Part shown: positions 11,478-20,796 of the stretch, one piece after another
Position numbering within the stretch: the stretch's first letter is position 1
Layout of the letters: each line of letters begins with the position of its first letter
From: an uncultured Thermoprotei archaeon
GTDB taxonomy: Archaea > Thermoproteota > Thermoprotei > Thermofilales > B15-G2
Assembly: GCA_965367815.1 (NCBI GenBank)
Contig: CBDUKN010000004.1
Location: 32,001-96,000, forward strand
Length of the DNA: 64,000 nucleotides
Direction of reading: 5' to 3'
Translations under genes and position numbers: made by a program
The notes under the pieces: model-generated
The model's input: only the letters and a program-made list of their open reading frames with translations
The model's database searches: none
Told to the model about the DNA's origin: nothing

Positions 11478-11987
11478 GAGGCTTTCTATTTCGCTTCTCA
11501 GCTTAATATAAGTTATTTCGTCTATTTCTCCACGTTTTTTCATTTCTTCAAGCATTTTAAGTTTCTTAACTAAATCTTCCTTCTTTTCTATTCTAATAAT
11601 ACCAATTCTACTTAAATGTTTTCTTATAATATCATTGTAATTGCTGAGCTTTAAGCTTAAGTAGTCTATTACTGATTTAATTTTATTAATTTCCTTATCT
11701 AGCTCTTCTATTTTCTTTGCGGCTTCTTCCTCAGAAATTATACCTATGCTGCTGTTGATAGCAGTCTCTATTTTCATATTATTGTAAAACTCTATAATGC
11801 CTTTTAGAGAATTTATTTCAGCTTCTATTTCTTTTGATTTTTTGATCCAGTATTCATTTATTTGCTGTACAAATGACTTATACTCATTCCACACTTTCTC
11901 CGCTTTTTCTAGTTCGACCTCAAGTTTCTTAAATTCATTATCGTATTTCTTTTTTAAGGCTTCTAATTCTTCAAACTCTCTCATCAT
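11466..11987 (-). CDS. Coiled-coil protein with C-terminal SHOCT-like motif; paralog of the adjacent gene
   Basis: Heptad-rich; ends L.EMKKRGEIDEITY.KL; aligns by eye with 11995..12729. Confidence 0.7.
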   Translation of the reverse strand: MMREFEELEALKKKYDNEFKKLEVELEKAEKVWNEYKSFVQQINEYWIKKSKEIEAEINSLKGIIEFYNNMKIETAINSSIGIISEEEAAKKIEELDKEINKIKSVIDYLSLKLSNYNDIIRKHLSRIGIIRIEKKEDLVKKLKMLEEMKKRGEIDEITYIKLRSEIESLLKM

Positions 11988-11994
11988 AATCTAC

Positions 11995-12729
11995 CTAACC
12001 TGCTTTTTCTATATTTTTTAAATGATATTCAAGAATTCTCTTTATTTTCTCATAATATTCTTTTGATATTTTTCCTGACTTGTATAGCTCTTCAAGCTTA
12101 GCTAGTTCTTCTTTTAGTTTAGGAATGTTTGCTTTAATATAGTGTACTACTATTCTCTTTTCGTGAGGTTCTATTAATTTCTGTATTGTGTCGACTTTTT
12201 CTGAAATTTCTTTATGCTTATTTCTCAGCTCCTCGATTCTTGCTTCAAGATGCTTGACTAGTTTCTCTGCTGTTTCTTTATCAATCATTTCTAGCTTGAG
12301 CTTAGCTCCTATTTCTCTTATTTCAGACAAGTATCCTCCTATGAGACCTTCTATTCTAGTAAGCTCTTTGAGTGCGTTGTCCCTTAGGTAGAACCATTTT
12401 TTGAGAACTTGTTGTGCTGCTTTTTCATAGGCAGACCAGTAAACATTGAGTTTTCTTAAGTCTTCCTCGAGTTGCGATAGCGAATTAACAATTGATGCGG
12501 CATAGTCTGGCAATGTAGGTGCTTGTGTTTCAATAGCTTCTCTTTTTGGTGCAACCGGCTGTGCTTTTGAGATCTCTTTTTTCTTTTTAGTCCTATATTC
12601 GGTAAATATGGGGCATTCAAAAAAATTACCCAGGCAGGGATAAGCAACAGGATCTACAAGCGACTTTGTATAACTGCAGATAAAGTTCCCTTTATTATCC
12701 CTATAAAGTGCAGGACATACAGATGACAT
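11995..12729 (-). CDS. Coiled-coil protein with N-terminal 4-Cys domain and C-terminal SHOCT-like motif
   Basis: CPAL...C...C...CP N-terminus, P/A-rich linker, coiled coil, LEELYKSGKISKEYYEK. Confidence 0.7.
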   Translation of the reverse strand: MSSVCPALYRDNKGNFICSYTKSLVDPVAYPCLGNFFECPIFTEYRTKKKKEISKAQPVAPKREAIETQAPTLPDYAASIVNSLSQLEEDLRKLNVYWSAYEKAAQQVLKKWFYLRDNALKELTRIEGLIGGYLSEIREIGAKLKLEMIDKETAEKLVKHLEARIEELRNKHKEISEKVDTIQKLIEPHEKRIVVHYIKANIPKLKEELAKLEELYKSGKISKEYYEKIKRILEYHLKNIEKAG

Positions 12730-12889
12730 TCCTACCTTTTAATTTTATCTAAGGCTTATATTTCTAACTTTAACTCAAAGGTATAAGTAGGACTTAGCTG
12801 GGGCTGAAGCTGTTAAAAGAGGGATATTTAGAGTGACTAAGAGGGCTCAATATTTAAGTGGGTGCCGTTTTAGTTAGTTAGGACTAATT

Positions 12890-13615
12890 ATGCTGATAGT
12901 TGCGGTGGGAGACGTACATGCTCCAAAATATTTCAAAGAATTTTTATCTGCACTGAGCAGAGTTAATTGGTCTGGGAGTAACGCGTTAGTTCTGCTAGCT
13001 GGAGACCTAGTAGATAAAGGCAAAATAGAGTTCATGAAGCCTGTTATTAAAGCTATTCATAGCAGCATTAATGGCGTCATTATAGGTATTTTTGGTAATG
13101 AAGAGTATGACTCACTAAAAGACAAAATAAGAAGCGAGTACAACAGTATAATATGGCTTGATGATGAAGTTTATTACTACGAACACGAGGACTCCAAGAT
13201 AGCTATTATAGGGTCTAGAGGAGTTCTCGATAAACCTACACTTTGGCAAAGACGAAATATACCTAATATAGAGGAAGTATACGCTGAAAGGTTGGAAAAA
13301 ATAGAATACCTGTTGAAAAAAGTGCCTCTGGGATATACTATAATTCTTTTGACACATTACGCGCCAACATACTTAACTTTAGAGGGAGAAGACAAGAGAA
13401 TATGGCCTATGCTCGGGTCTAAACGTTTAGAGAAACTGCTTTTAAAGTATCAGCCTAAGCTCGCTATTCATGCACATGCGCATAAGTCGACGCGACATGA
13501 AGCCTATGTAAAGTCTACGCAAGTTATTAATGTATCCTTTCCAGCTAGGCGTAGCATAGTTACTATGAATTTAAAGCGCCAAGATAGTGGACTGGAAAGA
13601 TTTTTATTTAAATGA
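12890..13615 (+). CDS. Calcineurin-like metallophosphoesterase
   Basis: GDVH, AGD, FGNEE, THY.P, HAHAH motifs. Confidence 0.9.
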   Translation: MLIVAVGDVHAPKYFKEFLSALSRVNWSGSNALVLLAGDLVDKGKIEFMKPVIKAIHSSINGVIIGIFGNEEYDSLKDKIRSEYNSIIWLDDEVYYYEHEDSKIAIIGSRGVLDKPTLWQRRNIPNIEEVYAERLEKIEYLLKKVPLGYTIILLTHYAPTYLTLEGEDKRIWPMLGSKRLEKLLLKYQPKLAIHAHAHKSTRHEAYVKSTQVINVSFPARRSIVTMNLKRQDSGLERFLFK

Positions 13616-13630
13616 AGATAGCTATAGAGT

Positions 13631-13680
13631 GTGATGACGCAAGCTCGCGGCTGAAAAATGATGTAGCCTTCGAATACTGA
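13631..13680 (+). ncRNA. C/D-box sRNA
   Basis: Box C GTGATGA 13631-13637, D' CTGA 13651-13654, C' ATGATGT 13658-13664, D CTGA 13677-13680; 12-13 nt guides; lies between convergent genes. Confidence 0.85.
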
Positions 13681-13682
13681 TT

Positions 13683-15329
13683 TTAGTTAAAAGGTGATGG
13701 CTTGCCTGTGCTTCTGTATAGGCATGCTTTAACAAAGCCAAGGAACACTGGGCTAGGTTTAAGCGGGCGGCTCTTATACTCCGGGTGAGCCTGAGTGCCT
13801 AAGAAGAAATAGTGTCTTGGAAGTTCTATGAACTCTACTCTACGCTTGTCTACACTCCATCCCGAGAACACGAGACCTTTTTCTTGTAAAATTCTCCAGT
13901 AAGATGGATTTACTTCATATCTGTGTCTGTGTCGTTCAAATATTACTTGTTCTCCATAAAGCTTGTAAGCTAATGAGCCCTTGACTAAAATAGACGCCTG
14001 AGCTCCTAGTCTCATAGTGCCTCCTTTCTCCTTTACGTTCAGCTGTTCGGGAAGAAGGTCTATTACAGGATGAGGTGTCTCCGGATCTATTTCAGTACTA
14101 TTAGCTTTTTTCAGACCTATAACATTTCTTGCAAATTCTACTACGGCTAGCTGCATGCCGAAGCATATTCCTAGGAAAGGTATGTTGTTTTCTCTTGTTA
14201 TTCGAATGGCTTCAATTTTTCCTTCAGCTCCTCTAGCGCCGAATCCAGGTAAGGCTAATACACCGTCACTTTTCTTTATTTTTTCAACTATCTTTTCCTT
14301 TTCTTTGTTTTCTTTTTCAAGAAGTTCTGCTTCAATCCATATTAAATTGACTTTTGTCTTTAGCTTAGCTCCAGCATGATTGAGGGCCTCTATTATACTT
14401 ATGTACGAGTCCTTAAGTTTAGTGTATTTTCCGCACATAATTACGTTTACTTGGTACTCAGGGTTTAGGAGCGAGTTTATGAATCCACACCATAGAGTCC
14501 AGTCAGGTGTTTTCTTAGGCTTTAAGTGAAGTCTTCTGCAGATGTAATCTCCAATACCTTGTTTGTCGAGTATCAGTGGGACTTCGTATACTGTCCTTAC
14601 GGTGTATGAGGTGAATACAGCGGACGGTGGTACATTGCCGAAAAGCGCTATTTTTTGTTTAGCTTCTTCTTCAAGAGGTTTGTCGCATCTGGCAATAATA
14701 ATATCTGGCTGAATGCCTATGCGTCTTAGTTCATTAACACTGTGTTGCAGAGGTTTAGTTTTTTGCTCGCCTGTAACCGAAAGTATTGGGACTAAAGCTA
14801 CATGGACGAAAAGAGTATTATCGTATCCTTCTTCGAGTCTCATTTGACGGATGGCTTCAAGAAAAGGTAAGCCTTCTATGTCTCCTACAGTGCCGCCTAT
14901 TTCGACTATAACTATTTCGGCGCCGCTGTGTTCTCCTACATTTCTTATTCTCCTTTTAATCTCGTCTGTTATATGTGGGATTATCTGAACACATTTTCCT
15001 AAGTAGTCTCCTCTTCTTTCTCTCATTATTACTGATAAATATACTTGACCTGTTGTAATATTGTGTTCTTTAGACAAATATAGGTCTAGAAACCGCTCGT
15101 AGTGTCCTAAGTCTAAGTCTGTTTCACCTCCGTCTTCTGTAACAAAAACTTCTCCGTGCATGTATGGGTTCATTGTTCCGGCATCGACGTTGATATAGGG
15201 ATCTATTTTGACTAAAGTTACATCGAATCCTCGTTTCTTTAGGATAAGTCCTATCGATGAGGCTACAATACCCTTTCCAACAGAGCTCAGAACACCGCCT
15301 GTAATGAAAATGTATTTCCTAGGAGGCAT
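13683..15329 (-). CDS. pyrG: CTP synthase
   Basis: [45 protein letters not shown]. Confidence 0.98.
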   Translation of the reverse strand: MPPRKYIFITGGVLSSVGKGIVASSIGLILKKRGFDVTLVKIDPYINVDAGTMNPYMHGEVFVTEDGGETDLDLGHYERFLDLYLSKEHNITTGQVYLSVIMRERRGDYLGKCVQIIPHITDEIKRRIRNVGEHSGAEIVIVEIGGTVGDIEGLPFLEAIRQMRLEEGYDNTLFVHVALVPILSVTGEQKTKPLQHSVNELRRIGIQPDIIIARCDKPLEEEAKQKIALFGNVPPSAVFTSYTVRTVYEVPLILDKQGIGDYICRRLHLKPKKTPDWTLWCGFINSLLNPEYQVNVIMCGKYTKLKDSYISIIEALNHAGAKLKTKVNLIWIEAELLEKENKEKEKIVEKIKKSDGVLALPGFGARGAEGKIEAIRITRENNIPFLGICFGMQLAVVEFARNVIGLKKANSTEIDPETPHPVIDLLPEQLNVKEKGGTMRLGAQASILVKGSLAYKLYGEQVIFERHRHRYEVNPSYWRILQEKGLVFSGWSVDKRRVEFIELPRHYFFLGTQAHPEYKSRPLKPSPVFLGFVKACLYRSTGKPSPFN

Positions 15330-15390
15330 ATTTCATAATGTTATAGCATGAAATAAGTTTATCTTTTGAGAAGAACAATATACCACAGTC

Positions 15391-16287
15391 ATGAAACATG
15401 TATTGGAAGCCTTGAAAAAACTCACAGAGAAAGATCACCGCATACTTGTGGCAATAGAGCATGGTATGAGTAAACATGAATATGTTCCTGTGAAGTTTAT
15501 TTCTAATTTCACAGGGCTGAGCGAGGAATACGTGCTCGAGAGGCTTAAGTATATTCGGAAGTTCAAGCTAGTTAAAAGAACAGGGGTTCCTTACATCGGA
15601 TATGTACTGACTTACAAGGGCTACGATTTTTTGGCACTTAAGGCTCTTCGAGAGCAGAGTACTTTGAAGGCAATTTCTCTAAAGCCTCTAGGGATAGGAA
15701 AGGAAGCTGATGTGCATGAAGGAGTAACGTTTTCTGATGAGCGTGTCGCAGTTAAATTTCACAGAATAGGTAGAACAAGTTTTCGTAAAACTAGAAAATA
15801 TAGAACATATGTCGGGGAAAGACGGCATATTTCTTGGCTATATCAATCTAGGCTGGCTGCAACTAAGGAGTTTGAAGCGCTTGTAATGGCTTTTCCCAAA
15901 GGAATTTGTTGCCCTAGACCTATATCGCATAATAGACATGTAGTAGTTACTTCAGTTATAGATGGAGTATTATTAAAAGAAGTCCCTCCTCTAGAAGATC
16001 CTGAAGAAGTAGCCTACGAGATTTTAGAAAATATAAAAAAGCTATGGAAAGATGTTGAAATAGTCCATGGTGATTTAAGTGAATATAATATAATGATTAC
16101 TGAAGATGAAAAAATATTGATAATTGATTGGCCTCAATGGGTTTCAAAATATCATCCAAGCGCATATATGCTTCTCAAAAGAGATGTAGAAAATATAGTG
16201 AAGTTCTTTAAACGTAAATACAGAGTGACACTTAACGGAGAAAGTTTTCTAGAAGAGGTAGTTAAAGAAGAAAATGAGAAAATTTAA
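15391..16287 (+). CDS. rio2: RIO2-type Ser/Thr kinase
   Basis: N-terminal wHTH with GY.LT..GYD.LAL, G.GKE..V, KFHR.GRTSF, HGDLSEYNI, IDWPQ. Confidence 0.93.
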   Translation: MKHVLEALKKLTEKDHRILVAIEHGMSKHEYVPVKFISNFTGLSEEYVLERLKYIRKFKLVKRTGVPYIGYVLTYKGYDFLALKALREQSTLKAISLKPLGIGKEADVHEGVTFSDERVAVKFHRIGRTSFRKTRKYRTYVGERRHISWLYQSRLAATKEFEALVMAFPKGICCPRPISHNRHVVVTSVIDGVLLKEVPPLEDPEEVAYEILENIKKLWKDVEIVHGDLSEYNIMITEDEKILIIDWPQWVSKYHPSAYMLLKRDVENIVKFFKRKYRVTLNGESFLEEVVKEENEKI

Positions 16288-16344
16288 TTTTTAAACTAGA
16301 GTATAATTTTTAAATTCCCTTAGGTCACTATTAACGGTAGGACT

Positions 16345-18399
16345 TTGACCATAAATGTAAAGGAGCTTACAGTACTTGGACTAGATCTAATGCCAGGAGC
16401 AGCACCTGAAGGTGAAGCTAGATACTCTATAGTAGTAGTAAGGGATGGTAGAATCGTGGAGAGAAAAGCCGATGTTAGTATTAAAGGGCTTTTCTCATTA
16501 GTTAAAAAATATAAGCCGGATTATATAGCAGTTGATAATATATATGAACTTGCCGTAAACCATAAAGACTTAATAAAGTTTGCGAAGAGACTTCCAGTTA
16601 AAACGAAAATAATTCAAGTGACTAGAGTTAATGGTGTAGACTACCCTTTAGAGATTTTAGCGAAAAAATATGGTCTAGTGAAAGATTCCTGTAAACTTCC
16701 TCCTCTAAAAACTGCGGAAGTTTGTGCTCAACTCGTGTTGAAAGGAGTAGGGTCAGTAGTGGAGCTCTTTGAAAACGAAACCAAGATCATAGTGAGTAGG
16801 GGTAGGAGTTTAGGAGCAGGTGGAATGAGTCAGGCCAGGTATCAGCGAAATATAAGAGGATTAATTTTGAGAGTAACAAGAGAAATTAAAGAGAAGTTGG
16901 AGAAAAGTGGTATTGATTACGACGTGTTTTACAGAAAGAGTACTGCTGGTTTAGAGTGGAGTGTATTCATAGTTTATACTCCGAGAGAAAAACTATATGG
17001 TTTAATTAAACCAAAAAAAGGACATGACATTCAAGTAGTAATAGAGCCTGTAGTCAAGTCGGACCTTATTTTCAGGTCTCTTGAAGGAAAGGAGGTTGAG
17101 TATCTGAAAAGAAAAGGCAATAATGTAAGTTCACGTTATTTGATAGTTGGAATAGATCCTGGAATCACTACAGGCGTGGCTATAATGGATCTATCTGGAA
17201 GAGTACTGAGTGTAAAGAGCGGCAGAGAAATGAGCAGGAGTGCAGTAATAGAGCTTATAAGTCAGTACGGAAAACCCATAATAATTTCTACAGATGTATG
17301 TAGAGTGCCTAATTTCGTTAAGAAAATAGCTAGTTCCTTAAATAGTGTATTATTTGCACCTGAAAGGAACCTTACTATTGAAGAGAAAAGAGAAATTGTT
17401 CAAAACTACTTAGAAAAGCAAAAGGCGTTAATTAGAATTTCAAATAGCCATGAACGTGACGCTCTTGCGGCAGCCATAAGAGCTTATCAGCATTACTTAC
17501 CTAAATTCAGACAAGTGGAATCATATGTAAAAGAGCTTCCATTCAAAGTGCCCTTATCTTATGTTAAAGCAATGGTTGTTAAAGGAAAAACTATCAAAGA
17601 TGCTGTAAAGCAATATATCGAGACAACTTATTCAGAAGCCTCAGGGCTTGCCAAAAAGAAACCCATTGGAGCACAGGTAGAGGATTTTGAAAAAATATTG
17701 AATAAAATAATGGGTTATATAACAAAGATAAATAGTTTAGAATCTGAAAACCTGAGATTAAAGGAAGAAATAAATAAACTTAGAAGAGAAAGGGAAGAAT
17801 TAATTCAGACAATAGAATATATGAAAACAGAGTATTTCGAAAAAATTATGAAAGATCGCATGTATTATACACTACAGTTAAGGCTACGTAAAATTAGTGA
17901 ACAAATTAAAGAGAAAAACGAGGAAATAAAGATTTTGGAAAGTGAAATAGAAAAGTGGAGAAATGTAGCTCTCAAGTTGGCGTCAAAGAAAGTGGTAGCA
18001 GTGCCAGTGATTAAGATGATTACTCTTAGTGCGCTTTCTGAGTTGAAAGAGCTTGTAGGAGACACTATACTAGTGAAAACTCTCTCCTTTATTGATGAAA
18101 GAGCGCTTAGTAAACTTAAAGCAATAGGAGTTAAAGTGATATTGACGCTGGATGAAATGAATGAAAACAGAAAGAGGATTTTTGCTCAAAACGATTTGGC
18201 ACTAGCTTATATCGGTAAGAAGGAAGTAGAAGTCTTAGGTAGCTATGCGCTTATTAGCAAGAATGTCTATAATAATGTTGTCGAGAACGCTTTAAAAGAG
18301 TTGGAGAGACTCCGAGACCAGATAGTAGAGGAAAGAATAGAGGAAATACTAAATGAGTACCGTAGAGAGAGGATGAAGGCTTGGCTTAATAAAGCGTGA
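16345..18399 (+). CDS. DUF460 (COG2433-like) RNase H-fold and coiled-coil protein
   Basis: GLD, AVDNIYEL, GGMSQARY.R, IVGIDPG.TTG.A, HERDALAAA, long coiled coil. Confidence 0.85.
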   Translation: MTINVKELTVLGLDLMPGAAPEGEARYSIVVVRDGRIVERKADVSIKGLFSLVKKYKPDYIAVDNIYELAVNHKDLIKFAKRLPVKTKIIQVTRVNGVDYPLEILAKKYGLVKDSCKLPPLKTAEVCAQLVLKGVGSVVELFENETKIIVSRGRSLGAGGMSQARYQRNIRGLILRVTREIKEKLEKSGIDYDVFYRKSTAGLEWSVFIVYTPREKLYGLIKPKKGHDIQVVIEPVVKSDLIFRSLEGKEVEYLKRKGNNVSSRYLIVGIDPGITTGVAIMDLSGRVLSVKSGREMSRSAVIELISQYGKPIIISTDVCRVPNFVKKIASSLNSVLFAPERNLTIEEKREIVQNYLEKQKALIRISNSHERDALAAAIRAYQHYLPKFRQVESYVKELPFKVPLSYVKAMVVKGKTIKDAVKQYIETTYSEASGLAKKKPIGAQVEDFEKILNKIMGYITKINSLESENLRLKEEINKLRREREELIQTIEYMKTEYFEKIMKDRMYYTLQLRLRKISEQIKEKNEEIKILESEIEKWRNVALKLASKKVVAVPVIKMITLSALSELKELVGDTILVKTLSFIDERALSKLKAIGVKVILTLDEMNENRKRIFAQNDLALAYIGKKEVEVLGSYALISKNVYNNVVENALKELERLRDQIVEERIEEILNEYRRERMKAWLNKA

Positions 18400-19603
18400 C
18401 TTTGTCTTGTAGAATTAGCTCTGTTATCTTTGTTATGTTGTCTAGGTGCTCTTGTGCTATAGCTATGGCTTCTTTCTTTAGTTCTTCAACGTTACTTGCT
18501 CCTTTTGCAGGTACTATTGATATGTGAAGCATTAGTGGATCATTTATAGGTTTGCCTATCTGGCTCAGTATTTTGACGTATACTTCTTCAATATCTCTTG
18601 TTTTTTCGGCAATAGAGTTAGCTATCAGCTGTGCTAAAACGTTGTATATTTTCCCTACATGACTTACTGGGTTCTTTCCGGCTGTCGCTTCAATGGACAT
18701 AGGTCTCATGGGAGTAATTAAGCCATTTACTCTATTTCCTCTGCCAGTCATACCGTCGTCTCCGTGCTCAGCTGATGTCCCAGTTACAACTAGGTAATAT
18801 GTCTTCGGATTGTCAGGCCGGTCTGCAGTATTTACATCAACTGTTACTTCGTAATCGACAAGTTTAGAAGCATAATCTAACACGTAGTTTTTTATCTCCT
18901 CTTTTACTGCAAGATAGTGATCTGCGTCTGGAGTCAAGCTAGATATTATTGCTGCTGCAATAGTTAAATGGACTTTATTTCCCCTCCGCAAGGCCATTAC
19001 TTTAACGTCTTCACCTACTTCGGGAAGTTTTTTCTTAAATTTTTTGGAGTTAAGAAATCTTTCAACACTGTAGACCAGTTTTTCAGTTGGTGTCAATGGA
19101 GCGAAAGCTACTCCCAGCGATGTATCGTTAGCATTAGGTATTTTTCCTATCCCTTCTTCAAAAATAGAGACTAAGTCTACGGAACCTCTGCCTATTCTGT
19201 AGTCTACGATTACATGTGTCTCGGGGTCAAGGAACCTGAAGTTCTTTCGTAGCCAGTTCTTGGCTGCGCGGACTGCTATTGCTCCCAGAGGAATTGCTTC
19301 TTCTTGACCGCCGCGCTTGACAGTACCTGTGGCTCTTCCCGAGACGAGAATATATATTGGATGAGTGACCTCACCTCCTCCAAAAACAGGCTTAGCCTGG
19401 CCTCCTACAACCAAGACTTTATCTACGTTATGATGCAATATTGTTCTAAATCGCTCAATATACTCCTTACACAATTCTCTGCTTACGGCCTCTGCGATCG
19501 AGTCCGCTATATAGTCCGGATGACCTAGTCCCTTTCTTTCAACAAACTCTATTTCACGCTTTGCTATTGGACGCTGGTCAAGGAACTCAACTGATATTAC
19601 CAT
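18386..19603 (-). CDS. mat: Archaeal S-adenosylmethionine synthetase
   Basis: VERKG.GHPD, LHHNVDK, ANDTS, GTSAE.GD.G..GRGNR.NGLITP.RPMS.EA.AGKNP. Confidence 0.97.
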   Translation of the reverse strand: MVISVEFLDQRPIAKREIEFVERKGLGHPDYIADSIAEAVSRELCKEYIERFRTILHHNVDKVLVVGGQAKPVFGGGEVTHPIYILVSGRATGTVKRGGQEEAIPLGAIAVRAAKNWLRKNFRFLDPETHVIVDYRIGRGSVDLVSIFEEGIGKIPNANDTSLGVAFAPLTPTEKLVYSVERFLNSKKFKKKLPEVGEDVKVMALRRGNKVHLTIAAAIISSLTPDADHYLAVKEEIKNYVLDYASKLVDYEVTVDVNTADRPDNPKTYYLVVTGTSAEHGDDGMTGRGNRVNGLITPMRPMSIEATAGKNPVSHVGKIYNVLAQLIANSIAEKTRDIEEVYVKILSQIGKPINDPLMLHISIVPAKGASNVEELKKEAIAIAQEHLDNITKITELILQDKVTLY

Positions 19604-19680
19604 TTAACCCCCAGTAGTGTTTTCATGTACTTTTTATAAATCTTTTGCTATAATATGTTGTGGGTTATTACTCTCAGTAA

Positions 19681-19953
19681 TTATTTTCCTGACTCTAAGA
19701 ACATTTTGTTTATGTCGGTTACTATGAATAGAATATTGCTACCCCTAATAAGCACTTTACCTAAATTCGCTATTGGTTCATGCTTTTCTTCGTCAACTTC
19801 TTTAGTGTCAGTTAAGTACAGATTCATGCACGGGTCGCATCTCACAAGCTGACCTATGTACTCGCTGCCATCTTTTAGCTTCACTAAAATAGTGTTATTT
19901 ACTATTTTGAATAGAAGTCTTAGAGGTAAGTCTCCGTGTGGTCTCGTCGACAT
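19681..19953 (-). CDS. Sm-like (Lsm/SmAP) protein
   Basis: Sm1 motif LK.G.EY.G.L...D..MNL.L and Sm2 motif G.VLIRGSNI. Confidence 0.92.
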   Translation of the reverse strand: MSTRPHGDLPLRLLFKIVNNTILVKLKDGSEYIGQLVRCDPCMNLYLTDTKEVDEEKHEPIANLGKVLIRGSNILFIVTDINKMFLESGK

Positions 19954-20063
19954 AAGTCTCCTTTATCTACTTAAACATCCTATATTTCAACTTTTCTGCT
20001 GAAACTCTAAAGTAGTCCACAGAATACGAGAAAAGCTTAAAGAGTACTTCGGCATGCTTTTAT

Positions 20064-20137
20064 ATGAGCCGCGCGTTGATAGAAGGTGACACGCCATGAA
20101 AGGTGATGAGGGCGGTGTGTTTAGTGAGCGCGGCTCA
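20064..20137 (+). promoter_or_regulatory. Structured leader: perfect 10-bp GC-rich terminal stem with inner K-loop-like hairpin and an 11-codon uORF
   Basis: TGAGCCGCGC 20065-20074 is the reverse complement of GCGCGGCTCA 20128-20137; inner ACACGCC/GGCGGTGT around ATGA-AAG-GTGATGA; uORF 20064-20099. Confidence 0.55.
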
Positions 20138-20290
20138 CGAAAAGTTCTATGTGTATCTTGTGGAAAGAGGCCGGCGAGTGCAATTATTGAAGGTAAAGCT
20201 CTGTGTTATGACTGTGGAGCTAAAATTGTCGGAGAGAAACTTAGAGCTCAGCTTGAAGAACTTAGAAGAAGAGGTATAATTGCAGTTTAG
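20096..20290 (+). CDS. Small Zn-finger protein (CxxC...CxxC)
   Basis: CVSCGKRPA....GKALCYDC; SD GAAGGTGA at 20082-20089. Confidence 0.7.
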   Translation: MKGDEGGVFSERGSRKVLCVSCGKRPASAIIEGKALCYDCGAKIVGEKLRAQLEELRRRGIIAV

Positions 20291-20291
20291 G

Positions 20292-20747
20292 CTAGTGTCC
20301 TCCTTTAGCTCTGCGAGCTTCGTGTCTCTTCTTAAGTTTTCTTTCCTTAATTTTTCTATTCCATTTGTATCTGTGTGTTTCTCTCAGTTTAACACTTAAT
20401 AGTCCTCGTATCCTTCGTCCTGCACAGGTAAGTCCTCTGAAGACTCTGCCTTTCTTTCTCTTAGCGGAAATTACTTTAGGTAAAGTTGGATTTATGTTAT
20501 TGACAGAAACTTCGCCGTTTTTAATTTTCTCTAACCACTCTTTGAGTGCGGCAATGTTTTCCTCATATACAGTATTTCTTCTCTCATCAACATATATTCC
20601 GAAAAGCCTTGCTTCCCGGACAGTAAGTCCTATAGCTTTAATTTCTCCTACAGAGAATCCTCTGCCTATTTTAAATTGTTTTGAAGGTACTCCGCCAAAC
20701 CTTATTAGCATCGGTACTTTAACCTTAGCTTTTGGTGGAGTCGCCAT
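20292..20747 (-). CDS. rpl13e: 50S ribosomal protein L13e (with C-terminal extension)
   Basis: GRGFS.GEI...GL....AR..GI.VD.RR.T..EEN. Confidence 0.9.
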   Translation of the reverse strand: MATPPKAKVKVPMLIRFGGVPSKQFKIGRGFSVGEIKAIGLTVREARLFGIYVDERRNTVYEENIAALKEWLEKIKNGEVSVNNINPTLPKVISAKRKKGRVFRGLTCAGRRIRGLLSVKLRETHRYKWNRKIKERKLKKRHEARRAKGGH

Positions 20748-20796
20748 AATATCGGGAAACTAGGAGTAGGTCAATATCTATAAACTTTTCGATTCC

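Noticed and set aside
12730-12889. 160-bp intergenic region with CTGA and a GC patch as a possible sRNA
   Set aside because: No box C and no stable stem; explained by divergent promoters.
19655-19852. ORF opposite the Sm gene
   Set aside because: Antisense shadow of a clear Sm-fold gene.
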